Source: a virus
Virus record (IMG/VR): IMGVR_UViG_3300019757_000007
Span: 10,567 to 74,566 of that record
Length of the DNA: 64,000 bases
Strand: one strand, 5' to 3'
Shown here: piece by piece, positions 28,268-38,094 of the stretch
Layout of the letters: the number at the start of each line of letters is the position of its first letter
How positions within the stretch are numbered: position 1 is the first letter of the stretch
Program-made: the position numbers and the translations under genes
Notes under the pieces: model-generated
Databases searched by the model: none
What the model was told of the DNA's origin: nothing
The model's input: only the letters and a program-made list of their open reading frames with translations

Positions 28268-29268
28268 TTATTGATAGTACTCATTAAATGCAAGTTAGGG
28301 AATTTTTTAAGATCTATATCTTGATAGTTTTCATGAACAATATTCTTAACATCTAAATGAAAAGGACCTTCTTTGATTCTATCAAAAATAAAATCATAAT
28401 CTAAAGTCATATCATTTTTAGTAACGTCTAAAATATTTTTATAGTATTGACCAAGAGTTGGATCATTCATAACGTTTGATAATAAAAGATTTATTTTTTC
28501 TGGAGTAAGTAATTCTACTGATTGAATTAAATAAGTAATTAATTCAAGTATGTACTCTTCATTGTTATTAGTACTTTTAAATTCTCCAATACCACCGAGA
28601 GTTTTAACTCCATTTACTTCACTTATATTAATCTCTAAATTGTTTACTAAATCTCTTAAACCTTTAGCAATATTTTTATAAGTAAATTCCCATACTTTTT
28701 CTTTATCATATTTAACTTCTTCTTTATCAAGAATACCTAAAAGATAAGCAAAAGCGGTTTCAGGTTGAATCTCTTTAAAATTTAATCTAAAATTAAATCT
28801 AGTTTTTAAAGCTTTATCTAATCCTTCGACTCTATTTGTATTAGCAATAAAAGTAGTATTATGTTGATACTTCTCCATAAGATCTACTTTTAACATTGTT
28901 TGAGCTTCTTTACTTAATTTATCAGCTTCTTCAATAAGTACGACTCTTTGATGACTTTTACCTTTACCTGGAACTAACCAAGCTTTTAATTCTTCGATAT
29001 CATTAACACCTTTACCAACCATATGATAATCTTTAGGTTCTAATAAAAGCGCTGCTTTTAAGATATCCGCTAATGATGATTTACCAAAGCCACCAGGTCC
29101 ATAATTTAATATATTTCCAGGTACATTTTTATTTTGAACCATACTTACAAATTTTTTCTTAATCTCTTCCGGAGACATTTCTTCTTCATTTAATATATTT
29201 GGAAAGATTAAATCATCCATTATTTTAGGTTGATGTTTTTTATACCAGGCTCTATTATCTACTTGCAT
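28231..29268 (-). CDS. Clamp-loader AAA+ subunit (RFC / T4 gp44-like)
   Basis: WYKKHQP (~WVEKYRP), Walker A GPGGFGKS, Walker B IEEAD, ALKTRF (SRC-like). Confidence 0.9.
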   Translation of the reverse strand: MQVDNRAWYKKHQPKIMDDLIFPNILNEEEMSPEEIKKKFVSMVQNKNVPGNILNYGPGGFGKSSLADILKAALLLEPKDYHMVGKGVNDIEELKAWLVPGKGKSHQRVVLIEEADKLSKEAQTMLKVDLMEKYQHNTTFIANTNRVEGLDKALKTRFNFRLNFKEIQPETAFAYLLGILDKEEVKYDKEKVWEFTYKNIAKGLRDLVNNLEINISEVNGVKTLGGIGEFKSTNNNEEYILELITYLIQSVELLTPEKINLLLSNVMNDPTLGQYYKNILDVTKNDMTLDYDFIFDRIKEGPFHLDVKNIVHENYQDIDLKKFPNLHLMSTINKCFLEIGKRKGL

Positions 29269-29650
29269 TATTTTCCCTTTTAATTCTTTTTATAACTTTT
29301 AATATAGTATCTTGATTTTCTTGATAATCTAAATCATTTACTTCGCACGTTTTTATATAATATTGACTCTTATATAAAGTTAACTTTTCTTTTAGTACTA
29401 CTAATAAATCTTTTGCTGATATTTTTTTAGATCTTTCTGTGTTGAAATAATCTAATTTCATTCTGGTAAAATTTTTATTAAAACCATAAATATTAAAGTT
29501 ATATAAACTTTTTCTTTTATCTGTTTTCTTTAGCATATATATATTATATAGACGCCCATCTTCACCGTTATTAATATAAAAAGTTACCTCCGGATAATTG
29601 ATTTTATTTTCTTCGCTTTTGTCAGAATCCATTTTTTCCCCTTTCTCCAT
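29255..29650 (-). CDS. Hypothetical protein
   Basis: ORF in operon-like run. Confidence 0.6.
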   Translation of the reverse strand: MEKGEKMDSDKSEENKINYPEVTFYINNGEDGRLYNIYMLKKTDKRKSLYNFNIYGFNKNFTRMKLDYFNTERSKKISAKDLLVVLKEKLTLYKSQYYIKTCEVNDLDYQENQDTILKVIKRIKRENNASR

Positions 29651-29826
29651 AATAAAGTTAATGGTAAAAAATACAATTTAGTACTAAAAATAATTTGGGC
29701 TTTAGTTACTTCCCAAGTAATTTTTGATTCTGGGTTATAACGTCTTACGAATCGACCATACTTACTTTGATCACCATCTTTTATTAACCATTTATAAATT
29801 TTTAGAATATTTTCTTTTATTTTCAT
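29584..29826 (-). CDS. Small basic hypothetical protein
   Basis: ATGA overlap with upstream ORF. Confidence 0.5.
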   Translation of the reverse strand: MKIKENILKIYKWLIKDGDQSKYGRFVRRYNPESKITWEVTKAQIIFSTKLYFLPLTLLWRKGKKWILTKAKKIKSIIRR

Positions 29827-30305
29827 GTATCGAATCCCCCAAAAAAATCAACTATATTGTCTTCATACCCATATTTTTTAATTAAAAAAGTCATAGCTAA
29901 TGTATAGTCTTCATAATCATCTCCAATATTTTTTGTATCAAACCCAAAGATATTAGCTATTAATGGTAATACATGCCATAAATCCCAAGAACTATTTCTA
30001 CAATAAATTAAAAAATCTTTCGGTTCTTTTAATTCTTTAATAGTATCTATTTCTTTTCGATCCATTTTTTCCTTAAAAAATTTCTGTTTTCTCTTATACT
30101 CATTTATAAAAAAGTTTATATGAACACTAACTGATTTATCTATATCAATATCCTTATTATAAATACAACCAGTTTTTTTATCAACTACCATTTTTAAAAA
30201 AGATTCTAGTGTAGGATACTTATTTAATAATTCAGGAACTTCCTCTTCCAATCTACTATATTGATAGCTATCCAAAGAAGATAACCGAATTTCATTATTT
30301 ATCAT
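29823..30305 (-). CDS. Hypothetical protein
   Basis: ATGA overlaps at both ends. Confidence 0.65.
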   Translation of the reverse strand: MINNEIRLSSLDSYQYSRLEEEVPELLNKYPTLESFLKMVVDKKTGCIYNKDIDIDKSVSVHINFFINEYKRKQKFFKEKMDRKEIDTIKELKEPKDFLIYCRNSSWDLWHVLPLIANIFGFDTKNIGDDYEDYTLAMTFLIKKYGYEDNIVDFFGGFDT

Positions 30306-30670
30306 TTTTTCCCCTTATTTTTCTTAATTAATTTTCTAATACATTTAGCATTTTTTAAAGTACCTTTATTGATAATACTCTTCGCAAATATTTCCTCATT
30401 AATTACTTTTAAGAATCTATATTTATATAACTCTATTGTCTTTGGAATAGAGATTTTTTTATCATCTTTAATAAAAAAACCACGCAATAAAAAAGTTCTT
30501 ATATTTAATAAATGTTTTAAAGACAAAGAACTTATTTTTTTAACTTTTCTTTTTCCATCTATCCAACATTTATTTTGGCATGCGACTGATACTAAAATTA
30601 ATGGATACCTAGAACCCTCTCCTAACTTTATAAAGTTAGGAGAGATAATTTTTTCTTGTTCTAATATCAT
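30302..30670 (-). CDS. Basic hypothetical protein
   Basis: ORF with GAGG RBS. Confidence 0.6.
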   Translation of the reverse strand: MILEQEKIISPNFIKLGEGSRYPLILVSVACQNKCWIDGKRKVKKISSLSLKHLLNIRTFLLRGFFIKDDKKISIPKTIELYKYRFLKVINEEIFAKSIINKGTLKNAKCIRKLIKKNKGKK

Positions 30671-30680
30671 ATTACCTCTT

Positions 30681-31037
30681 TTATAATTTAGATATTCTAT
30701 CCTGATAAGATCTATTTTTAGCTAGAAAATAATCCGCTATTATTTGAAAGTTAATTATTTTTTTAACTTTTACTTCTTCATCTTCCTCGATATTATCTAT
30801 TAAAGTATCTCTTAATTTATTTATATAAATATATAAATCATTACAGAATAAATATTGTTTTATATATACTTCTCTTAACGTTCCAGTACTTAAACAATTA
30901 TTATGAAACTCCCGTTTTATAAAAGAATCGATTTTATTTTCAATAGTATTACTATTAATACCTGCTCGCTTTATATTAATAATACTATCTAGTAATAATA
31001 AGTGACTACCGTCTAAATTTCTTGAAGAATGTTCCAT
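30681..31037 (-). CDS. Hypothetical protein
   Basis: ORF with RBS. Confidence 0.6.
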   Translation of the reverse strand: MEHSSRNLDGSHLLLLDSIINIKRAGINSNTIENKIDSFIKREFHNNCLSTGTLREVYIKQYLFCNDLYIYINKLRDTLIDNIEEDEEVKVKKIINFQIIADYFLAKNRSYQDRISKL

Positions 31038-31047
31038 TATTAACCCT

Positions 31048-32463
31048 TTATAAGTCTAATTTTTTTTCAGCAGTATCTCTTAGAATACAACTACCACATT
31101 TACCACACTTTTCTCCATTTATCGGATAGTAACAACTAAACGATAATTCTAATAATTTTTCTAAAGTACTTTCTCTGAATTCATTTTTGAAATCTTTAAG
31201 AGTATTAGTCTTAGTGCGATTCATATAAGGAGAAATAATTTGAGTATTTTGATAAAACTTACCACCAGCATTTAACATCTGTTCAGTACATTCAACCCAC
31301 TTACTATTATTATCTCCAAATACCATTCCTTCCGAAAGATTTAAACCAAGTACGATAATATTATTATCTCCTCGTTTTCCTTCTTTCTGCATAGTAGCAT
31401 TTAAAGCCATACAAAATAAAGTATTTCTATATGGAACATAAGATATATTTTCTTCTGTTTCTCTAGCATCTCCAACCGCATCTTTGTCAGCTATTTTTAA
31501 ATAATCTCCAGAAATATTAGAAAATCCTTTGATCATATCACTAGCTTCTACCACTCTTAATTCTATAGATAATTCTGGAAACTTCCCTATATAAAAACCA
31601 AGTAATCTTTGACAAGCTTCTATTTCCACTTTACTAGCATTAGTACCATAATCAAAATAAGTTAAAATAACTTTTTGCTTCCCAATATCTTTATTATCCA
31701 AAGATCTATTTGATCTACTTTCTAATTTAGCCAGAATATAATAAGCACTCATGCTTATATCCATACCAGCACTAAAAGCAATATTTACAGTATCAATTCT
31801 CTTTCTAGTACTACTTGTAATTACTTGATTCTTTTCATTATCAAAATTAGAACATTGTTTTACTTGAACTTCATTTACTTCTTTTTCCCAAAGACCCATA
31901 CCTTTATCATAAGCTTTTATACCATCAGTTGGATAATCCATATCAAATACAAAATATGTAAATAGACCTTCTAGATTATCTATTTCTGATTCATTAATAT
32001 ATTTAAATAATTCAGTATCCACTGAAATATCTATACCATTTGGAAACTTTTTAGAACGATTATTTAATTCCCTAATATTATTAAGTACCTCTTTATCATT
32101 ACTAATAGTACCATGAACCCAATAATATTGAGCCATTCCTTTATTCCAATATGGTGGAATTAATACATTGTTTGCTTCCTCCTCTGGAATTTGTCTACTA
32201 AACCATACCATAGTAATACCTTCATCTGGATGATGAATATTTATAAAATCCTTTAATATAGAAACATCTTGAATAAAGGTTTCTTCATCTTTTGATCTAA
32301 TAATTAATGGTTCATGTTCAGCCATTTCTCCAACTACAAATAAACTGTACTCATCCGATCCTTTAACATTTAAAGTATCTATCGTACTAGCTATATTTCC
32401 GGATAAAGATGCTCTTAAAGCATCATCTTGATTTTTATAATATTTACTTACTATTTGACACAT
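31048..32463 (-). CDS. queC: Class II glutamine amidotransferase-QueC fusion (GAT-QueC-like)
   Basis: N-terminal Met-Cys and HGTISN (Ntn GATase); FSAGMD PP-loop, FDYG, YVPYRN, SFSCY...CGKCGSC Zn motif. Confidence 0.85.
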   Translation of the reverse strand: MCQIVSKYYKNQDDALRASLSGNIASTIDTLNVKGSDEYSLFVVGEMAEHEPLIIRSKDEETFIQDVSILKDFINIHHPDEGITMVWFSRQIPEEEANNVLIPPYWNKGMAQYYWVHGTISNDKEVLNNIRELNNRSKKFPNGIDISVDTELFKYINESEIDNLEGLFTYFVFDMDYPTDGIKAYDKGMGLWEKEVNEVQVKQCSNFDNEKNQVITSSTRKRIDTVNIAFSAGMDISMSAYYILAKLESRSNRSLDNKDIGKQKVILTYFDYGTNASKVEIEACQRLLGFYIGKFPELSIELRVVEASDMIKGFSNISGDYLKIADKDAVGDARETEENISYVPYRNTLFCMALNATMQKEGKRGDNNIIVLGLNLSEGMVFGDNNSKWVECTEQMLNAGGKFYQNTQIISPYMNRTKTNTLKDFKNEFRESTLEKLLELSFSCYYPINGEKCGKCGSCILRDTAEKKLDL

Positions 32464-32633
32464 TACATTTTTTCCTTATCTTGTTTATATTTTTTTATTA
32501 ATCTCTTTGTCATATTTGGAGAAACATTATTATTTCTACAATAATACCTTATATTTTCTTCCTGTATATTAAATTTTCCAGATAGAATTTCTATATGAGT
32601 ATCCATTCTTACTTTAGAATATGAACGGGGCAT
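32463..32633 (-). CDS. Small basic protein (56 aa, below track cutoff)
   Basis: Hand-translated MPRSYSKVRMDTHIE...; stop overlaps the queC start. Confidence 0.45.
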   Translation of the reverse strand: MPRSYSKVRMDTHIEILSGKFNIQEENIRYYCRNNNVSPNMTKRLIKKYKQDKEKM

Positions 32634-32667
32634 AATTGACCTTTTTTAATTTAATTTTTCTTTATAA

Positions 32668-32700
32668 TAAAAAAAATAAAAGCCGAAGCTTTTATTTTTA
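32668..32700 (-). terminator. Intrinsic terminator
   Basis: AAAATAAAAGC-TTCG-GCTTTTATTTT plus T run. Confidence 0.8.
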
Positions 32701-32707
32701 ACTTAAG

Positions 32708-33721
32708 CTATTTACCAGCTTTAACTTTTTTCATTTCGTCTTCTTCGATGTACTCAAATTCATCCCAACCTAAGTTTTCTTCATCTTCCATAAATTGAGC
32801 AGCGCCTTCCCAACCAAGTAAATCACTTTCCTCAGCTAAATCTGGAGCAGCATCTGCAATACAAGTCGCTAGCATTCTCATACCTTGATTCTTGATTACA
32901 TCTTTACTTCTTTTACTAATCTTTTTAGAAGCTTTACCAATAAGTAATGCTCTCGAAGAGATTGTTGGAATATTAATTAACTTTCCATTCACTTTATATG
33001 AAACCACTGCTGGTTCAAAGAATGGTGCTCTCATAGCGATAGCTGCATGATTCATTTCAACTAGCATATATTTACCACTATTTAAAATCTTTTGAGCATC
33101 AGCAAATGGTGAACTACCAACTAACATAATAGGTTTACCGGAATTGATCATACTTCCAACATCAGCCATAACTTTTAATCTAAAATTTAAACCTAATTTA
33201 TTACTTAAAGCTTTTGCAACTACACTTGAACCAGAGTTACTTACGATTATCTGATCTTTTAATGTATTGATATCTAAAGTTACTGGTTGAACATTTCCAA
33301 TTGCATTATTAAATTTATCTCCTAGCATTGAGAACATATCAGCATCTGGATTTTCTGGTTTATATCCAAATGGAATAAATATATTTACTGGCTCTTTATC
33401 TAAGTAAGCAATTACTTTCAATTTTTTATCGTTGATTTTTGAATTCTCAGAAGCTAAAACCATCAGAGTTGCAATATCGGTCATACCAATTCTATACTTC
33501 TTAGTCATAAGACCATCAATATTATCAACCGCACCAGTCGCTTCAGTTGAAATATAATCATCTCTATTAATATCTGTATTTGGACAGTACTCTAAAATTT
33601 CAGTTGCATATTTAATATACGTTCCAGTTGGTTTACCTGTTCCCCATATTCTATTTTTTGCTCCGAAAGCACTTACACTTAATAACATAACACTTAGTGC
33701 TAATAATAATAATTTTTTCAT
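32708..33721 (-). CDS. TAXI-family (TRAP) solute-binding protein with signal peptide
   Basis: Signal peptide MKKLLLLALSVMLLSVSAFG; GTGKPTGTY and TGAVDNI are TAXI-like. Confidence 0.7.
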   Translation of the reverse strand: MKKLLLLALSVMLLSVSAFGAKNRIWGTGKPTGTYIKYATEILEYCPNTDINRDDYISTEATGAVDNIDGLMTKKYRIGMTDIATLMVLASENSKINDKKLKVIAYLDKEPVNIFIPFGYKPENPDADMFSMLGDKFNNAIGNVQPVTLDINTLKDQIIVSNSGSSVVAKALSNKLGLNFRLKVMADVGSMINSGKPIMLVGSSPFADAQKILNSGKYMLVEMNHAAIAMRAPFFEPAVVSYKVNGKLINIPTISSRALLIGKASKKISKRSKDVIKNQGMRMLATCIADAAPDLAEESDLLGWEGAAQFMEDEENLGWDEFEYIEEDEMKKVKAGK

Positions 33722-33781
33722 TTTTTTCCTTTTTTAATTTAACTAAGCTAAGCTGCTTAGCTTAAGACAGTTGTTCTAAGT

Positions 33782-33952
33782 TTAGTAACCTTGATGGTAA
33801 CCACTAGAATTACTTGAAGTACTTGAAGTACTTGGTTTATTCATAACAGCAATAACACCTGCAACTATAACTACCCCAATTACTATTTTAGAAATTAATT
33901 TCCACTTTTTATTTGCTCCAGTTATTTCACTGTAATCTATATCATTTGCCAT
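33782..33952 (-). CDS. Small single-TM protein (56 aa, below track cutoff)
   Basis: MANDIDYSEITGANKKWKLISKIVIGVVIVAGVIAVMNKPSTSS...; GGAG RBS. Confidence 0.6.
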   Translation of the reverse strand: MANDIDYSEITGANKKWKLISKIVIGVVIVAGVIAVMNKPSTSSTSSNSSGYHQGY

Positions 33953-33955
33953 TTT

Positions 33956-34705
33956 TTATTCTCCTTCTATTTCTGCAATTTTACTTGCTGCATCAATCTC
34001 TGCTACTGCATTACAGTAATCAGTATCTATAGCGTCAAATGCTTCTAATGTTAACATTTCATTAACTTTAGAGTCTCCAGCCATTGTATTAAGTTTATCA
34101 GCAATATCTGCAAACTCATCTTTTAATTTATAATCTTCTACCATATCTTCAAACGACTTATTATTTTTATAAACCATTTTAACATTCTTTGTAACTAAGT
34201 CAACTGCTTTCTTAGCTGCATCATACATAGTTTGTAAAGATTTATTAGTTTTTTCATTTTTAGAAGTTCCAAGTTTCATTTTAAGTTTAGAAAGATGTCC
34301 TTCCATTTCAACTAAACCAGCTTTCTTTTGCTCGTATACTTTATGTCTTTCTATAATTTGAAGCTTAAGATGTTCAATGGCATTATCTCTTGCTTCAGCA
34401 ATTCTAACCTGAATCAATTTTCTTTTTATTTTATCTTGGATAATAGGATCAGCATCTTTTAAAGCTTTGAATCCATATTTAGCTGCAATACCAAAACCAA
34501 TTAAAGCAATAGCTGCTACAATTCCGCTTAAAATATTTATAAAAAACATTCCAGCTAGAAGTATTCCACCCACTAATAAACCACCACCAATAAGATGTTG
34601 TTTATTTATATTAAGAGGCTGCTTTTCAAATTCTTGAATAGCCTGATTCTCTTTACCAATATTCTCTTTCAATTGTCCAAATGACAATAAATTATTTTTC
34701 CCCAT
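33956..34705 (-). CDS. Membrane-anchored coiled-coil protein
   Basis: Two N-terminal TM segments, then a long helical region. Confidence 0.7.
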   Translation of the reverse strand: MGKNNLLSFGQLKENIGKENQAIQEFEKQPLNINKQHLIGGGLLVGGILLAGMFFINILSGIVAAIALIGFGIAAKYGFKALKDADPIIQDKIKRKLIQVRIAEARDNAIEHLKLQIIERHKVYEQKKAGLVEMEGHLSKLKMKLGTSKNEKTNKSLQTMYDAAKKAVDLVTKNVKMVYKNNKSFEDMVEDYKLKDEFADIADKLNTMAGDSKVNEMLTLEAFDAIDTDYCNAVAEIDAASKIAEIEGE

Positions 34706-34807
34706 TTTTTCTCCATTTTAAATTTAATGTTTCTTCGTGTTAATTGAACGCATCGGCGTTCTACTTTGGCTTAATCGAAATGATTATCATCCCCCCAAAT
34801 TATATTA

Positions 34808-35119
34808 TTATTTCTTTGTGGTTCTTTTGCCATCTTTCTTTCCTTTAGTATATTTTAACTTCTTTAAAATATCTGGATGTCGATCTAAATATTTAATAAC
34901 ATCTTCTTCATTGACTTCCTTCTCTTCAAGAGGAAAAAGTTTAAAGTAGGTTTTTATCATCAAAGCTGCTACAACAGAATGAGTCAAAATTATACCAAAT
35001 GGTATTAAATTGTAGGTTAAAATCTTTTCGACTAAAGAAATAGTAGTTGGGGCTATAAAATAAAACCCTGTACTAAGTGTTAAAAAACTACCAATCTCAA
35101 CACCATCATTTTTCCTCAT
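34808..35119 (-). CDS. Small membrane protein
   Basis: Track ORF 34808..35167; likely start MRKND after AAGGAAG. Confidence 0.55.
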   Translation of the reverse strand: MRKNDGVEIGSFLTLSTGFYFIAPTTISLVEKILTYNLIPFGIILTHSVVAALMIKTYFKLFPLEEKEVNEEDVIKYLDRHPDILKKLKYTKGKKDGKRTTKK

Positions 35120-35177
35120 AACTTTCTTCCTTTCTAATAGAAGTAATAAAATAATATAACTTTTCAATTATATCATC

Positions 35178-35224
35178 TTATCTGATTATAATATATCTAT
35201 ACTTTACATTACTTATTATAAAGC
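35178..35224 (-). promoter_or_regulatory. Conserved phage promoter, copy 3
   Basis: CTTTATAATAAG...AGTATAGATATATTATAATCAGATAAG; the leader GATGATATAATTGAAAAGTTATATT is shared with copy 4. Confidence 0.75.
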
Positions 35225-35243
35225 TATCTTTAGCTAAAACTAT

Positions 35244-35284
35244 CGACAGGAAATGAAGAGTTACGGATTATCCGTAACTCTTTC
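35244..35284 (-). terminator. Hairpin + TTCCTGTCG element, copy 2
   Basis: GAGTTACGGA-TAA-TCCGTAACTC spans the recJ stop, then TTCAT-TTCCTGTCG. Confidence 0.55.
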
Positions 35285-36958
35285 AAAGTTTAAAATTCTT
35301 AATGATAATTTTTCGCTTCCTCTAAATGTATCAATATCTGGTTTAAAAGTAATATAGTACTCTTCTCCTTTAAGTGGTTCTTTATCATGGAAGAAAAATA
35401 ACCCTTTAAAATTAAGCATACCTTTTGAATCAGTAATACTTAAAGTTTGGTGATTTTTTTGCTTTCCGATAATATTAAATGATTTAATTGTAGCTCTAGT
35501 AGTAAATGCTGGTCTTGGAAATTTTTCCCCGAATGGTTCAAACTTCTGTAATCTATGATATAAATCAATATCGATAGTATTTATATCTACATATCCCATA
35601 CTAGAAATTTTTGGTTTAAATTGGTCTTTTTCAATAAGACTGGATTTATGGATTATCTTTTTATAGAATTCATCGAAATTATCTTTATGAACTCCAATAC
35701 CTAATGCTACCTTATGTCCTCCAACATGATCAATTAATGAATTAATATCGTCATCCCTAAACATACCAAGTATATTAATATCTCCAACCGATCTACCACT
35801 ACCCGAATAGATTCCTGTTTCTTCATTAAGATTTAATACAATACAAGGTTTTTTATATTTCTCAGCTAATCTACCAGCAATAATACCAAGTACTCCTTTA
35901 TATTCTTTATGGAAGTTTCCAGGAATACAAATGAAATTAAGATTATCTATCCCATTTACTTTCTTAGGGAGAAACTCCTTATATCTATACTCTACATAGT
36001 CTAATAATTTCTGTTGTCTTTCTTTTCTAGTATCATTTATATTTCCTAGATATTCAAACCATTCTAAAGAAGCTTTATCATCTTCTTGTATTAAAAAATT
36101 AGCACCATCATCTGCTTTTGTAATTCTTTGGGTAGCATTAATTAATGGAGTAAATCCAAATGCTATATCTTCGGCAGTAGGCGAATCATTTTTAGTTTCT
36201 AGAAAAGTTTTAGCATACGCTCTTGGCGAGTTCTTTATTTTGCTATTTACTAAATAATCTTGGACGAAGAATCTGTTAAGATGTTTATTAACTGGCATAA
36301 CATCAGATAAAGTAGTTAAAGCTAATTCTCCTAAAAATTCATGATACATATCAATATCTAACTTGTACTTTTCGGCTATTGCTTTAAATAAAAACCAACA
36401 TACTACGCTTCCAGAAATATCTGGATAAGGAAAGTTACATCCAGGTTGATGTGGATCAACTACAGCTAACCCTTCTTTACTATTTGATAAAGGCCATATT
36501 TCTGGATCAATTTGGTGATGATCGTTAATAATAACTTTAGCTCCAATAGAATGAGCTTGATCAATAGCCGCTTTAGCAGTAATACCATTATCAAAAGTAA
36601 TATATAAATCAGCTGGAAATTTATCTACATGTAATGGTAGAAATCCATAACCTTCTTTTCTATTAGTAATTGTCATATTTAAATTTGGATAATGAAAATA
36701 TTTCTTAAAGAAAAACCAAGCGATAGTATATGTTCCTAGTCCATCCATATCACTATCATGTACTAAACATATTCTTTTATTTTGCGATACTGCTTCTACG
36801 AACATATCTACTGCTTTTTCCATATCTTTAAATTCTAAAGCATTTGGTATTTCTTCTATTGAAGATATCTGTTTTTCGATATTTAATTTCCCTTTTAAAA
36901 TATCTTCTATTTCTTCTATGTTATTAAATTGTTTTAAATTTAAATATTCTGCATCCAT
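35261..36958 (-). CDS. recJ: RecJ-like ssDNA exonuclease
   Basis: DSDMDG, REGYG-like, DNG, DHH, SDVMP, P.INA.QR, GSGRS, GGH, FEPFG; likely start MDAEY (track ORF extends to 37009). Confidence 0.93.
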   Translation of the reverse strand: MDAEYLNLKQFNNIEEIEDILKGKLNIEKQISSIEEIPNALEFKDMEKAVDMFVEAVSQNKRICLVHDSDMDGLGTYTIAWFFFKKYFHYPNLNMTITNRKEGYGFLPLHVDKFPADLYITFDNGITAKAAIDQAHSIGAKVIINDHHQIDPEIWPLSNSKEGLAVVDPHQPGCNFPYPDISGSVVCWFLFKAIAEKYKLDIDMYHEFLGELALTTLSDVMPVNKHLNRFFVQDYLVNSKIKNSPRAYAKTFLETKNDSPTAEDIAFGFTPLINATQRITKADDGANFLIQEDDKASLEWFEYLGNINDTRKERQQKLLDYVEYRYKEFLPKKVNGIDNLNFICIPGNFHKEYKGVLGIIAGRLAEKYKKPCIVLNLNEETGIYSGSGRSVGDINILGMFRDDDINSLIDHVGGHKVALGIGVHKDNFDEFYKKIIHKSSLIEKDQFKPKISSMGYVDINTIDIDLYHRLQKFEPFGEKFPRPAFTTRATIKSFNIIGKQKNHQTLSITDSKGMLNFKGLFFFHDKEPLKGEEYYITFKPDIDTFRGSEKLSLRILNFERVTDNP

Positions 36959-37021
36959 ATTTTTCCCTTTTAATTTTATCCTTAATATATCTATTAGAAC
37001 TAAGTCCAAGATAGCTAAGAA

Positions 37022-37042
37022 CTAGCTCACTACCTCCAGCTA
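37022..37042 (-). repeat. 21-bp element, copy 4
   Basis: Three mismatches; shares flanking TTCTTAGCTA with copy 1. Confidence 0.7.
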
Positions 37043-37067
37043 TTCTAGTTTTTTATTTATCGGTACA

Positions 37068-37097
37068 ATAAAAAAAATAAGACCGAAGTCTTATTTT
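37068..37097 (-). terminator. Intrinsic terminator
   Basis: AAATAAGAC-TTCG-GTCTTATTT plus T run. Confidence 0.8.
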
Positions 37098-37536
37098 AAT
37101 TATCAACTTCTATATGTTTTATTGTAAAGAATTTTTTATATATAAAAGTCTCTCTATTACTATATAATAAATAACCGAAGAATAAGTTACATACAAAATT
37201 TAACCAATCGATATTTTGATTAGCTATTGTATACCAGGTATGATAAATAACTATTAATAAAATCCAATAATAAACAACTCTTCTATCATTTAACCATAAA
37301 AAATAAATAATTAAATCATAAGCGGCTATATAATAGGCAGCTACTAAATCTTGAGATAATGTTTTCTTCTCTGATAAATTAGCAATATTATCTCCAAATA
37401 TATCTGTAAATACTCCTAATCCAATTACAACATGACTAATTACTAACCAAGCCAGAAAAAAATAGAATAGTGTATGTAGAGAAGGACTTCTATTATTTGG
37501 ATTTAAAAATCTTTTTACTTTTTCTTTAAATGTCAT
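37096..37536 (-). CDS. Multi-pass membrane protein
   Basis: About four TM segments. Confidence 0.7.
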   Translation of the reverse strand: MTFKEKVKRFLNPNNRSPSLHTLFYFFLAWLVISHVVIGLGVFTDIFGDNIANLSEKKTLSQDLVAAYYIAAYDLIIYFLWLNDRRVVYYWILLIVIYHTWYTIANQNIDWLNFVCNLFFGYLLYSNRETFIYKKFFTIKHIEVDN

Positions 37537-37545
37537 TTTCTACCT

Positions 37546-38049
37546 TTATCTTATTAAGGGTAAATATTTTTTTACTATATCTGGTACCCAATATGGAAAT
37601 CTATTACATAATAATTCACCTACTTTAAAGTAGGTGAATTTCTCTGAACTTAAATCTGGATATTTTCTTTTTTCCATACAATCATGGGTAATATAATTAT
37701 GGAAATCGGCACATTCTTTAAGTGTCCAATTACTAAAATCTATCGCTGGTTTAGTTAGATTATGATTTAGATAGTGAACATTAATCCAATCATTTAACTC
37801 TTTATAATTCTCATTAATAGTATCTTCATCTTTCAAATCTAATATCTCACAAATATAAGTAAGAATACAATAAAAATTATCATTAACAACTGCAATACTA
37901 TGTTCTCCCGAACCACCACCAATTAATATTGTATATGATGAGGCGGTAGTTTCAGCCCCCATTCTAGTATCTTCTTGTTTTAAATAATAAGTTTCTATAT
38001 TTAAAATACTAGGTAAAATATCATGGTCTAATGCATCTATATAACTCAT
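37546..38049 (-). CDS. Hypothetical protein
   Basis: ORF with AAGGA RBS. Confidence 0.65.
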   Translation of the reverse strand: MSYIDALDHDILPSILNIETYYLKQEDTRMGAETTASSYTILIGGGSGEHSIAVVNDNFYCILTYICEILDLKDEDTINENYKELNDWINVHYLNHNLTKPAIDFSNWTLKECADFHNYITHDCMEKRKYPDLSSEKFTYFKVGELLCNRFPYWVPDIVKKYLPLIR

Positions 38050-38073
38050 TTTTATCCTTTCATTTGCTGGCAG

Positions 38074-38094
38074 CTAGCTCACTATAGCCAGCTA
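38074..38094 (-). repeat. 21-bp element, copy 5
   Basis: Exact; its first TAG is the stop codon of 38092..38595. Confidence 0.85.
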
